Assembly: GCF_000281045.1 (NCBI RefSeq)
Contig: NW_008246136.1
Coordinates: 71,448 to 135,447 of the forward strand
DNA: 64,000 nt
Direction: 5' to 3'
Source: Saprolegnia diclina VS20
Taxonomy: Eukaryota
Shown piece by piece: positions 24,940-35,709 of the stretch. Position 1 is the stretch's first letter, and each line of letters opens with the position of its first letter. The position numbers and the translations under genes were made by a program. The notes under the pieces were generated by a model, which saw only the letters and a list, made by a program, of their open reading frames with translations, was not told where the DNA came from and searched no databases.

Positions 24940-25255
24940 TCCCGCACTCTTCATTCTCTCGACAAGTACAAAGAAATCTCGCGGTTAAAACCCAGTATTG
25001 TCCATCCGCCTAACACTCGACTGTATACATCCATGCCATGATCACCATAGTTCTATAAGATCTCTGAGCCGTGGACTGCTAAAGTGTGTTGGCATCGAAA
25101 ACGAGATGCATCCCAGAACAACAGACTGCTGTCCAGCGTACACCGTGGCGCAACTGGCGCCAGCAACTCGACCTATCCGACACCTAAAGTCTCAAAAGTC
25201 TCATAAGTCTCAAAATATAGAACGTCCTTCCCACATGGTTTTTTCAACAACGATG

Positions 25256-26575
25256 CTACGTCATGTTGATGGCGTCCACCAGCTGCAACCCGGCGCGCAA
25301 GACCGCCATGACGCGGTGCACAAACACATCTGCCTCGTCAAAGCCACCGTCGTCCAAGGCCGGGTCCGAAATCGCCAGGCTCCATACATGCGGCGCGCCG
25401 TTGTCGTCATTGGCGAGCACCGTGGCGCAGCGCCGCGTCAGCGTCGCCGACACGCGCAAGCCGCTCGTCGCATGGCACCGCGTCTCTTCCTTGTGGTACT
25501 GCACGCAGTCAATCGTGTACAGACTCTCCGCGGCCAGGGTAAAGTACCCGGACGCATCGCGCATGCCATACGCGGCTTCGAGCGCATCGCTCAGCGCCCG
25601 CATCCCACCGTCGGTGGCTAGCGCCCGTTGCTGGCGAAAGTCGAGGCGACAGCCCACCTGCTTTGCATCGAGTGCCACGAGCGATAGGAACCCGAGGCGG
25701 TCGAGCGTGTGGCCAAGCGTCGACGCATCGCCCGTCTCGCGTGTCCACTGCATCTTGTCGCCCGACACCAAGTGCACCACGTTGACCACAACGTAGCGCG
25801 AGGTCGTCGGCGGCGCGTACCCGTTCTCGTCGCACCAAGCTTGCGCGCTCTCCATGTGAACGTTCGAGAGGACGCTCGAGCAAAACTGGTGTCGCACCAT
25901 TGTTTGAAGCGTCTGCACCGCGCTGACCGAGAGCTTGTCGCTCGCATCCCATTGACGCTGCTGCATGAACGTCTTGCCGACCGAGAGCCGCAGCGAGGGC
26001 GTCGCGGAGGACGACGACCATGTCTCGACAAGCGCGGCGTGGGCCGAGGTCACATACATTGCGATCGCGTCTTCAGCGTAGCCGACCAGCGTCTGCTTAG
26101 TGTGCAAGCGCACGTGGATCGGCGGCGGCGGCGGCAGCGTGCCCGTGGCCGACAGCGTAAACGCCCGTAGCGCCCGCACCTCGTCGTACACGTCGACGAG
26201 TCGCTGCGTGGGCGCGGCGATCGGGACACGCGTAAACGTTGGGGCCTCGGCCGTGTCCGAGTCCCTTGAAGTACCGGACGACGGCAAGCCGAGCACGAAA
26301 AGGCTAAAGAGCGGCTTGTAGCCGGTCGCACGTGCGAGGCGAGCCACGCACTTGCTCACGAGCGCAGTGACCTCCGCCTTGGCCGCGTTTACATTGATGA
26401 ACGCGCCCTCGAGAAGGACGTGGTCAACACCGTCGATTGTCGTGACGCGGCATTTCGAGAGGCGGTGGACAGCGCGGAGCCGCTGCATGTGCACGCCTTT
26501 GGCGCCAATGACAAGCCCCGCCGTATTGGGCGGCAAGGCAACTCGCTCGAGCGTTGTCGTCGTCTTGCCCCGCAT
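25256..26575 (-). CDS. KH-domain protein, intronless, with uncharacterised C-terminal region
   Basis: 439-aa ORF with N-terminal VALPPNTAGLVIGAKGVHMQRL (KH GxxG loop) and VLLEG...VNAAKAEV. Confidence 0.7.
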   Translation of the reverse strand: MRGKTTTTLERVALPPNTAGLVIGAKGVHMQRLRAVHRLSKCRVTTIDGVDHVLLEGAFINVNAAKAEVTALVSKCVARLARATGYKPLFSLFVLGLPSSGTSRDSDTAEAPTFTRVPIAAPTQRLVDVYDEVRALRAFTLSATGTLPPPPPIHVRLHTKQTLVGYAEDAIAMYVTSAHAALVETWSSSSATPSLRLSVGKTFMQQRQWDASDKLSVSAVQTLQTMVRHQFCSSVLSNVHMESAQAWCDENGYAPPTTSRYVVVNVVHLVSGDKMQWTRETGDASTLGHTLDRLGFLSLVALDAKQVGCRLDFRQQRALATDGGMRALSDALEAAYGMRDASGYFTLAAESLYTIDCVQYHKEETRCHATSGLRVSATLTRRCATVLANDDNGAPHVWSLAISDPALDDGGFDEADVFVHRVMAVLRAGLQLVDAINMT

Positions 26576-27606
26576 GTTTGCGACTGTACGTGCGGGCGTT
26601 GTGTGGGGAATGGGGACAGGCCATCATCTCCAACGGCAACGAAAAATACATTTTTTGTGATTTTATCTGACCAAGTACGCACGTATAGCATAGCATTCCA
26701 GCGCTAAACGCTCCAGTCGAGCGCCGCCAGCTGGAGCCAAGAGACGTAAACTCGAGGGATTCGACTGTCAATGCATCAAGTCCGGTTGAATCAAGCTTTG
26801 ACTGCTGGTGACCTGTCCATGCGTACACCGTCGCTGTACTCAGCGTTGTAAGGGCTGATGGAATTTGCAGGTGGCAAAATCGCGATAGTATGCGCGCGTG
26901 AAAAGGGATGTTCGTATAACGAAGTCAAAAAGTCGCTATCAATGGCCATCGCCGGACTCGCCCGCATGACCGGGTTGTTCTAGCGACTTTGTTCCAGCCA
27001 ACTCGGCGGCGGAGTCAGCGACACCATTGTTGTAGTTGCGGTCCTTGCAACTGAGTTGATATTGCGGTCAGGAAGGCGTACCACGTGAGACACGCTTCTG
27101 ATCAAGTCACCTGCAGTCCACAGTAGTCGCTGGGCGCGGTATCAAGGTCGACGCCTTGGTTGCATGTGCACCGGTATGCCGACGACGATATAGTCGGATG
27201 ACGCCGGCAACCGTCCGCGAGCCGCCAACGCAATGGGAAGATCCGACACGAATTCATGGTATTTTATTCAGCGGAATCAGGCGGCGTCTTTGCCTCGGAG
27301 ATGCCTGCCTAGCGACCATCCAGTGCCATTGCTGTGGATACTAGAGTCCACTGCAAACTAGTAGGTATACCGTATCTGTGCGAGACGACTTGTGTGTCCT
27401 ACTCGTTAACGAAAGCGAGGGACGTCGAAATCGATGTAACTCACGTCAAGTGCCAACTGGGCCGAGTGATAGACCCAGTGGCAAGGTCGGGTCGTTTCAC
27501 TTAGAAAGGCAGCGTTACCTCGTCCGGTCCGTTCCTGGAACGCGGTCTCGGATTCTGGCATCTCCGACGAGTCGGCGCGTCCTGGCCTTATTCAGACTCT
27601 AGCTGC

Positions 27607-30222
27607 ATGGCCGACGAACGCGGGCCGGTCTGCCCTGGGAACGGCCTCCTCATGGCCGTCTCGGTCATGTCGCTCGCCGGCTGCGTCTACGTCATGGCCA
27701 CGTACCTCTACGTGCCTGCGCTGCGGCAGCACCCGGCCGGCATCATGTTTGGCATGAGCGTCTACGGCGCCTTCTATCAGTTCTTGTACCTTATCGAAGC
27801 GTCGGGCGGCGCGACCGAGTGCCACTCGACGCCGTTCGTCGTCGACCTCGCGCTCACGGGCCAGGAAACGTACATGCTCATCTTCGCGATCGACCTCCTC
27901 CTCGCGCTCAAGAACCCGTTCACGACCTCGAAAGGTCAAATGACCCACTACCACATCGCGGGCTGCCTCGGAAGGTGCGCTACTTGCTGCTATGCGATAC
28001 TGAGTTGGAGTGTAGCATCGTGTTTGCCCTTGTCTCGCGCATCGACTCGTACGACGCGCTCTTTGGCTTTTGCTGGATGGACACGACGTCGGCGCGCCTC
28101 GCGTGGCCGCTGAGCCAGCGCCGGGCCGCGCCCGCGGGCATTTTCTTTGCCTTGTACATCCTCGTTATCTACTCGATCTCGCTCTACGCGATTCTACGGA
28201 CGTGGAATACCCTCTTGAAAGGCCTCCCGGATACGTTCATGACGCGCAAACGGTATAAAATTGTTATGAAAGTGGTTAAAATTGTACAACATGTAGGATC
28301 CACCGCCATCTCAAGTACTATGTGGGCTGCTTTGTGTTTTACTGGACCGGCGTTCTCGTGACATATGCGGTCTACACGTTCATTCCGTACAGCTCCCAGT
28401 ACAAGTGCCAAGCGTGGCAGTTCCTCTCGTCCGTGCTCTTGTCCAAAGGCATGGTCAACTCGGTCATTTGGACGCGGACGTCGAACATTCTCAAGATCAT
28501 ATCGCAGCTGCGTGAATTTGGGTACGTGTCCAATGTTTTGCGTTTAGATTTTCTAGTTTTTTTAGTTTTCTTGGATTTCTCAGTTTTCTTGGATTTCTTA
28601 GTTTTCTTAGTTTTCTTAGTTTTCTTCGTTTTCTTAGTGTTGCAATATATATCTGATGGTGGACTAGGTACGTCGATCTGCCGCCGCACGACAACAGCAT
28701 CAACTGGGCGCTGCGGCTCGAAATCCTCACGTTCACGACGCGGGGCATCTGCGAATCGATCGCGCGCGCCGAGGTCCAAGCCATCGAAGGCATTGGCACC
28801 GACCGGCACATCAAGTACACGCAGATTGAAGAGATCGTCTTGCGGCAAGAGGAGTCCAACACAGTCATCTTTTACGACTACGCCCCGCACATCTTTCGGT
28901 ACCTGCGGAGCATTGCGCACGTCTCGAACGCGAGCTACCGCGACGCGTTGAAAGAGACGACCCAGGAGCGCGTGAGCGAAGGCAAGTCGGGTGCCTTCTT
29001 CTACTTTACTCAAGACCGCAAGTACCTCGTCAAGACCCTCACACACGAAGAGCTCAAGTTTCTCTTGTTGATTTTGCCCAAATACGTCACGTACGCTGCA
29101 TGTCTCACATATCTCGAAACTTTTTATAACGTTTTTAGGTTTATGGCCGCACACCCCGACACGTTTGTCACCAAGTTTGTCGGCTGCCACGCACTGACCA
29201 TGTATGGCAAGACCGTCTTCTTCATCGTCATGCAAAGCGTCTTTGACACGCCGCTCCAGATCCACGAGCGCTTTGATCTCAAGGTACATATGTTTATGTA
29301 GGGGTCGGGTTGCGAAAATTATTGGGTAGGGGTCGTGGGTCGGCCGGCTCGAAGGCCGCAAGACGCGCGGCACCACGGTCATCTGCAAGTACTGTGCCAA
29401 GGAGTATGTGATTGGCGGCACACACGACCAAATGTGCGACCTCAACGGCGGCAATGTCCGCCACGCGTACGACAATGTCGGGAAGGACCTCAACTGGAAC
29501 CACCACATGAAGCTGCCGCGGCACATTGCGCGACGCGTCGCCAAGCAGCTCCAAGTGGACTCGCATTTTCTGCAAGAAATCAACTGCATCGACTACAGCC
29601 TCCTCGTCGGCATCCACCACCGGTCGTTCCGTGTCGACGCGCCGCCGTCGGACGCGACGTCACCCGACGACCGGCCGTTCCACCAAGCCAATGCCGGTGG
29701 GATGAGCGTCGAAGAAGTCTACGGACCCGGTGTCTACTTTATGGGCCTCATCGACATTTTACAGCAGGTAGGTTTGGTGATTTTCCTGGTTTTCGATGCT
29801 CAAAAATTTCAAATTAGTGGAATTTGCGAAAGCGCGTCGAACACTTTGTGCGAGTCTACGTCCTCCAGCAAGACCGCCATGGCATCTCGGTCGTCAAGCC
29901 CGCCAGCTACATGGACCGGTTCCAGCGCCGCGTCGTCAAGGAACTTATCTTTGATGTACACGGCGAGAACGCCGAGCTCCACGACGCCCTCTCGACCGAG
30001 GACCACCGGCCGTCCTTTGCGTCGTCGTCGTCGTCCGTCAGCAGCCGACGACCCGTGTACCCGGCCAACGACACGTTTCTCTCGGTCGACCCCGTGACGC
30101 CCCGGTCGTCGATGAATTTGTTTGCGAGTCGCCCGCCAATGACCGACGAGCAGCCCACGACGGAGCTCAGCCCGCAGCCGCCGTATCAACCCATGATGAA
30201 CACGCCCCAGAGCCTCGTCTAG
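27607..30222 (+). CDS. GPCR-PIPK (7TM receptor fused to phosphatidylinositol phosphate kinase; oomycete GK family)
   Basis: Multiple hydrophobic helices; LRQHPAGIMF; linker LR-x9-GI motif (ALRLEILTFTTRGI); PIPK motifs FYDYAPHIF, SEGKSGAFFYFTQDRKYLVKT, RFDLKGSWVGR, KDLN, DYSLLVGIHH, MGLIDILQQW. Confidence 0.93.
28545..28637 (+). repeat. Intronic degenerate 9-nt tandem repeat (TTTTCTTAG/TTTTCTTGG), about 10 units
   Basis: Seen directly inside the predicted intron 28522-28667. Confidence 0.85.
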
Positions 30223-30273
30223 GAACTTCACTATGTAGCCCGTAGTATCTTGTAATATCGGAAGCGATCGAAG

Positions 30274-31048
30274 CTACTTCGAGGGCTTCTTGGCGCGACG
30301 CTGCCGGAGCTCTTCGGGCAGGTGCTTGGCCATGAGCTCCTTCATCTCGTCGTCGTAGTCGTCGTCGACAACGGGTCCCGCGACGTTGGGTCCGTGCTCG
30401 GGGAATTTTTCCTAAGGACAAGATATCCGTCGATGGTCATGAACGATGAGAAGGCGATACCTTGTAGCGGTTGAGCATCGCGTTGTGGAGGTCGACGAAC
30501 GAGACGTTTTCGTCTTCCTTGGGCTGGTACGTGAGCGGATTGAGCTCCTTGGGAAAAGCCCCCGGCGTCGGCTTGGACGCTGGCTTCTTGGGCGCCCTAC
30601 GGTAGCCACATCAGCAGCATGCACGAAGCGGAGTCGCACGTACGGACGCGCCTTTTCGTTCTTGGAGCCGTCGGCTAGCATGTTCATGTGATCCAAGCTC
30701 GAAATGGGCCACCGTACCTTTGAGCATGTTGTCCGTGTCGATCTCTTCGATGGGCTCGTCCTTGGCAGGCTCTTCGTCCTCGTCGCTCTCATCTTCGGCG
30801 TCGCTCATCTCTTGCATGAGGTCCGTCGACAGCACCGGTCGCTCCTACGCCCATGCATGGTCAGGCGTGGGAGGCTCGCAGGCATGCATGTACTGTACCG
30901 TGGGCGGCTTCTCCTCGAAGCGCTCAGCGCAGCGCACGGTGAAGAGGTAGATGAGGCCAAGCACGATGCAGTAGCCGATGAGGTGGCCATAGAACTCGAG
31001 GATCGGCGGCAGCGCTTCCCGCAGCGGCAGCGGTTCGACCGACTCCAT
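30274..31048 (-). CDS. Hypothetical single-pass membrane protein with acidic region (multi-exon)
   Basis: MESVEPLPLREALPPILEFYGHLIGYCIVLGLIYLFTV (TM), acidic EDESDEDEEP; spliced C-terminus ...EELRQRRAKKPSK*. Confidence 0.6.
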
Positions 31049-31326
31049 GCTGGCAAGCGACAAGATGACGTCATTGGCGAGAGGCCTGGTTTGAACGTCC
31101 TAATTAGGCAATTATGCGAAGTAAATAGTGTGTATCCAGGACGTGATTATCTAAATAGAGTGATTTCCATCCTGTTTTAGTGTGGATATGGCACGTGCAA
31201 CGTGTCAGTGCAAAAGTTGTGCGAGAGTATGGCAAATTGCTGTGCGTTGTACATATATTGACATTGTACATATATTGACATTGTACATATGGTCTTCTAT
31301 AGTCCAGTGACTGATATGACACCAAC

Positions 31327-31851
31327 TTACAAACGATAGCCACCATAGCCGTTGCCACGTCCGTAGCCGCTGGCACCGTAGCCCAGCCCTGTGCGTTGAC
31401 CGTGACCGCCGGCTTGGGCACCGCTGTTCCAGAGACCGTACGCCGGCTTACCATAGTCAGCGCCTTGGTTACCGTAGCCGGCGCCTTGGTTACCGTAGCC
31501 AGCGCCTTGCTTACCATAGCCGGCGCCTTGGTTACCGTAACCGGCGCCTTGCTTGCCGTAGCTAGCTCCTTGGTTACCGTAGCCAGAGTTGACGCGCAGG
31601 GCACCATAGCCAGAAGTGGGACCGCCGTTGCGGGTGCCGCGGCTGTTGTTATCGTTGCCTTGGTCACGGAAGTCGGTTGATGAGCGAGCGCCCGTTCCGA
31701 CCAGAGCATCTTGGTTGCCTTCTTGGCTGCCGGCACCGGACCCAGCTGGGGTTGGCGCAAGGATGAGGGCACTCACCACCGGAGCATCCGTGGCATCCTG
31801 GCCCGCCACGAAGGCGGCGGCGATCAAGAGAAAACGAGCAATGGTCATCAT
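31327..31851 (-). CDS. Secreted Gly/Tyr-rich repeat protein (GYG[NK]QGA)n, probable wall/structural protein
   Basis: Signal peptide MMTIARFLLIAAAFVAG; 21-bp tandem units encoding GYGNQGA. Confidence 0.75.
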   Translation of the reverse strand: MMTIARFLLIAAAFVAGQDATDAPVVSALILAPTPAGSGAGSQEGNQDALVGTGARSSTDFRDQGNDNNSRGTRNGGPTSGYGALRVNSGYGNQGASYGKQGAGYGNQGAGYGKQGAGYGNQGAGYGNQGADYGKPAYGLWNSGAQAGGHGQRTGLGYGASGYGRGNGYGGYRL

Positions 31852-32010
31852 GATGGTGCTGGTGTTGTTGGAGGCAAATCGCAAAGTGAGTGTTACGAGC
31901 CATGCACTTGCATGGCCTTGATGGACATCCAAAACGGTCTTTGGAATGCACTGTCTCGACAACACTCATGTCCATTTTATTGCTTAACGGTTGCTACATC
32001 TTTCGCTTGC

Positions 32011-32967
32011 TTACAGAGAAAGGGCCACATAGTCTCCCGGCGTCACGACGGGTTGGCGTTGGTACATAGCCACGGCAATGCCAACGACGACGGCGCCGAC
32101 GACACCCACGACGAGCAATGGCGGTGGTGAGTGCACCAGAAGCATATTGCCAGACTCATTGCTGGCCTTGGCAACCTCGTCAACTGCCGTGTCAACGGTG
32201 CTGTCTTCCATGAAGCTCGATACGGGGCAGGTTCCCGTTCGGCCATTGCAAAACACAGCGCGGGTGTAGCCCTGCGCGGGCTTGCAGAGCTTGCCGCGCT
32301 CAAAGCGGTCGACGCAATGACCGTCGCCGTCGCAGGTATCGGGTGCATCGCACACATGGCCTTGGCTCTCGCCCTTGCACGGCGTACCGGCGCGCGCCTT
32401 CCGTGGTGCCGAGCAGGTTCGTTTTGTGCCGCAGCACGTACCAGGCGTCATGCATGGGTCGGCATCAACGTCGTCGTTGCAGAGGGCGCCGGCCGGCTGA
32501 AGCTGGTCGACGCAGCAGCCGTTGCCGTCACAGTAATCTTGGCCGTCGCAAGGCGCTCCATTGGAGATGCCTGTGCAAGGGGCGCCAAAGTCGGCGAGGC
32601 GATCGTTAGGGCACGCTCCCGAGTGCCCCGTGCACAGTTCGGGCACGTCACAGTCGCTGCGAGGCCAGCGGCAGACATGCATGGGCGGGAAGAAGCCGTC
32701 GACGCACTCGCCATCAGCGTCGCACGCGTCGTTGGCGTCGTCGTCACAGACGCCACCGTTGGAGCAGCTCTGGGACGGACAGAGAGTACCTCGCGGGTGT
32801 TGCCGGTACTGGCAATGCCCCGTCGTCGAGCATGCGACGAGGTCGTGGCAGGGCACTCGAGGACAGTTGTCTAGCGTCTCGCACGTTGGCATGCGATCAT
32901 AGCGGCGACCAAGAACGACCGCCGTCGCGGCTGCCATCGCCCACATTACGCGCCAGGGTCCAAGCAT
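32011..32967 (-). CDS. Disintegrin-like Cys-rich type I membrane protein, copy 1
   Basis: Signal peptide; disintegrin motif CRWPRSDCDVPELCTGHSGACP; TM LLVVGVVGAVVVGIAVAM; tail GDYVALSL. Confidence 0.85.
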   Translation of the reverse strand: MLGPWRVMWAMAAATAVVLGRRYDRMPTCETLDNCPRVPCHDLVACSTTGHCQYRQHPRGTLCPSQSCSNGGVCDDDANDACDADGECVDGFFPPMHVCRWPRSDCDVPELCTGHSGACPNDRLADFGAPCTGISNGAPCDGQDYCDGNGCCVDQLQPAGALCNDDVDADPCMTPGTCCGTKRTCSAPRKARAGTPCKGESQGHVCDAPDTCDGDGHCVDRFERGKLCKPAQGYTRAVFCNGRTGTCPVSSFMEDSTVDTAVDEVAKASNESGNMLLVHSPPPLLVVGVVGAVVVGIAVAMYQRQPVVTPGDYVALSL

Positions 32968-33338
32968 CACGAATGAAACCGAGTGCGGGGTCGCGACGGT
33001 TCAGGATTCGTGCTAGCCAATCAGAGCACCCGATCTTCAGAGTGCGCCTTTTCGCGTCCAAAGACGGTGATTTGTCCGACACAAAGACGGAGATTTGTCG
33101 CGTTCAACTGGATAAAGTACTGCAAGATTGCGAGGCAGTATTTCAGCAGGAGACTTGCGTGCCGCATTCGATCCCCTTCCAGCAACTGGTCGGTGGACAC
33201 GGCGAATCTCAAAGGCCATTAGGAAAATTCCCTTTTGTAATCTCCACACGTCAAATGGAAATACAAGATTTGATTTGATTGCGAAAATACACGATACGAT
33301 GTCGTGCCAGTTCAGGATCCGAGTCGGCCTCTTTTTTC

Positions 33339-34928
33339 TCACATGGCAAAGTACCCATCGTGCTCGATGGGCCCATGGCTCGACCGCATCGTGACAAACG
33401 CGACCCCGACTGCCGCCGCGCAAAGAAGGCCGAGAAGAAAGGCCGGTGCCGCATTGGTGTGCGTCGCCACGAGCTCCGGTGCCGCTTCCTCGCGCAAGTT
33501 GGTGTCGAGATACGCGACGGGGCACGTTGCTTGCTTGCCGTTGCAGTACGTCGGGCGTGCATACCCGACGGGCTTTTGGCACACGACGTTTTTCAGGAAG
33601 CGGTCGGCGCAGTTGCCGTTGCCGTCGCATTTGTCGATGCCGTCGCAGACGTTGCCAGAGCTCTGTCCGGAGCACGTCACGCTCGCGTCGGCGTAGCTGT
33701 CGGGGGGGCAAAACCCCATGTCGCCCGTACAGACGGCTGCAATCGTGCAAGGTCCATTTGCCGTGTTGCCACAGACCGTGCCCTCGGGGAGGTACCCGTC
33801 GACGCAGGCGCCGTTGCCGTCGCAGAAGTCGTCACCGTCGCACGGGTTGCCGTTGCACGTACCTGTGCATTTGGTCTTGGAGCTCGCAAAGGCATCGACG
33901 GGACACTTGCTCGCGGTCCCCGTACAATACTCGGCAACGTCGCACGGGGTAGCCGCCGCCCGGCACACGGTGGCGGACGGTACGAAGACATCGAGGCACT
34001 TGCCTTTGCCGTCACAATGGTCGACGCCGTCGCATTCACCGTCGTTGAAAGCACCACTGCACAGTGTCGCGGCGTTGGCAAAGACGTCAGCAGGGCACGT
34101 ACTCGAGGTACCTGTGCACTTTTCGGCGACGTCACAGACGCCCGTGGTGTCACGACACACGACATTCGACGACTTGTACTTGTCGACGCACTTGCCGCTG
34201 CCGTCGCAGTAGTCTTGGTCGTCGCAGGAACCAGCGTTGGAGACACCCACGCACGGCGTGGTCGCACTAGCGTACGTGTCGGCAGGGCAGGCACCAGAAG
34301 TACCGGTGCAGCTTTCGGAAACATCGCACGTCGATGCCGCTTTACGGCATACGGTGCTCGATGGCAAGTAGACGTCGAGGCAGTTGCCATTGCCGTCGCA
34401 GACATCTTGGCCGTCGCAGGCACCGTACGCGGATGTACCAGAGCAGAGCGCCCCCTTCTTGACAAACTTGTCCGGGGGGCACGTGCCCGACGACCCGGTA
34501 CATTTCTCAGCGACATCGCACTCCCCAGTGGACGCCCGGCACGTGTCGCGCGAGGTCTTGTAGGCACTTAGGCACTCGCCGCGGCTGTCGCAATAATCGT
34601 TCGCGTCGTCGTCGCAGGCGCCGCCGTTGGAGCAGCTCTTGCCCGGGCACTTGGTACCGGTCATTTTGTACGCGTTGATGCACTCGCCCTTGGAGTTGCA
34701 GTAGTCATTATCATCGTCGTCGCACGGCGACCCGTTCGAGCAACTTTGTTTTGGGCACTTGGTTTTTATGGGCACCTGAGTGTATTGACAGTAGCCGTTG
34801 GCGCACGCGCTCGTATAGCAGGGCACGGAGAGGCAGTTGTCGACCGTAAGGCACTGCGTGGCGCTCGCCTCGAGAAGCTCAAAGCCTGACGCTGTCGCGG
34901 CCAACAGCACAAGCGCGAATCGCTGCAT
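33339..34928 (-). CDS. Disintegrin-like Cys-rich type I membrane protein, copy 2 (most repeats)
   Basis: Signal peptide MQRFALVLLAATASG; four CR....CDV.E.CTG.[SA]..CP.D motifs plus degenerate copies; TM AFLLGLLCAAAVGVAFV; tail DGYFAM. Confidence 0.9.
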   Translation of the reverse strand: MQRFALVLLAATASGFELLEASATQCLTVDNCLSVPCYTSACANGYCQYTQVPIKTKCPKQSCSNGSPCDDDDNDYCNSKGECINAYKMTGTKCPGKSCSNGGACDDDANDYCDSRGECLSAYKTSRDTCRASTGECDVAEKCTGSSGTCPPDKFVKKGALCSGTSAYGACDGQDVCDGNGNCLDVYLPSSTVCRKAASTCDVSESCTGTSGACPADTYASATTPCVGVSNAGSCDDQDYCDGSGKCVDKYKSSNVVCRDTTGVCDVAEKCTGTSSTCPADVFANAATLCSGAFNDGECDGVDHCDGKGKCLDVFVPSATVCRAAATPCDVAEYCTGTASKCPVDAFASSKTKCTGTCNGNPCDGDDFCDGNGACVDGYLPEGTVCGNTANGPCTIAAVCTGDMGFCPPDSYADASVTCSGQSSGNVCDGIDKCDGNGNCADRFLKNVVCQKPVGYARPTYCNGKQATCPVAYLDTNLREEAAPELVATHTNAAPAFLLGLLCAAAVGVAFVTMRSSHGPIEHDGYFAM

Positions 34929-35709
34929 CGTGCAACCACCACTCAACTTCAAAAATGAACAAATCTTGCGTTTATGATCGAAAAGGAAGAAGAACATCAA
35001 CGCAAAGGTGCGAAGATGGCGACCGAGGAGACCTGCGCGGACGGTTGCACCGCAAGCGCGTTGTTCGTTGCTGGTTGACACACGACAAGATGCATACCTC
35101 ACTGCAGCACGCCGCCAGGATGCCCATGGCTCTCTTCGTAGCGTGCATGACGGCGGCGTTCGAGCTTTTGACAAAGAACGAACTTCAGAAAGAGAGAAGA
35201 CCAAGACCTGTCATGCCGACCACAAATCGATACGACATGCATTTGCATGCTAGAATCACGGAGGTCTGCACTACTGACGTCAGCGTCCGAGTTGCGCAAC
35301 TGCAGTAGGTTGATACGACCACCGTTGGTACAATTGCACGTAGTACAGTAACCTGTCAGCAACGATCTTCGAGGTAGACGGCATGAACTGGAGATCGAGT
35401 ACATCCGCAAGCATACAAGCCGTAAAACACACGGTGTGGTCCAGCACGAAAGAAGCATTTGTTGCTAAAGGAACCCTAACCACGGTCTCGATACTTGCTT
35501 ATTAGCACAATTGCAAGGTATGTTTGACAAATCCTTGCTCCTCGACCGAGACTACCAATGGGCAGTTGTTCAACGACAGCACACTTGATGTACGAATGTT
35601 TAACCTTTGATAAACACTCGCAGTACTAGACGCATTAGTGAAGCGGTTTGTTAATGGCGTCGACGACGTTGTCGACCAAGCTCTCCGGGTAAACGCATGT
35701 GGTGACCGT

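Noticed and set aside
25186..25216. AAGTCTCA(A/T) x3; similarly TTCGACTA-like repeats at about 37018-37068
   Set aside because: Short degenerate intergenic repeats without spacers; not CRISPR-like and with no evidence of function.
28372..29589. Minus-strand ORF with a KKTKKT repeat
   Set aside because: Antisense reading of the GPCR-PIPK gene and its intronic T-rich repeat.
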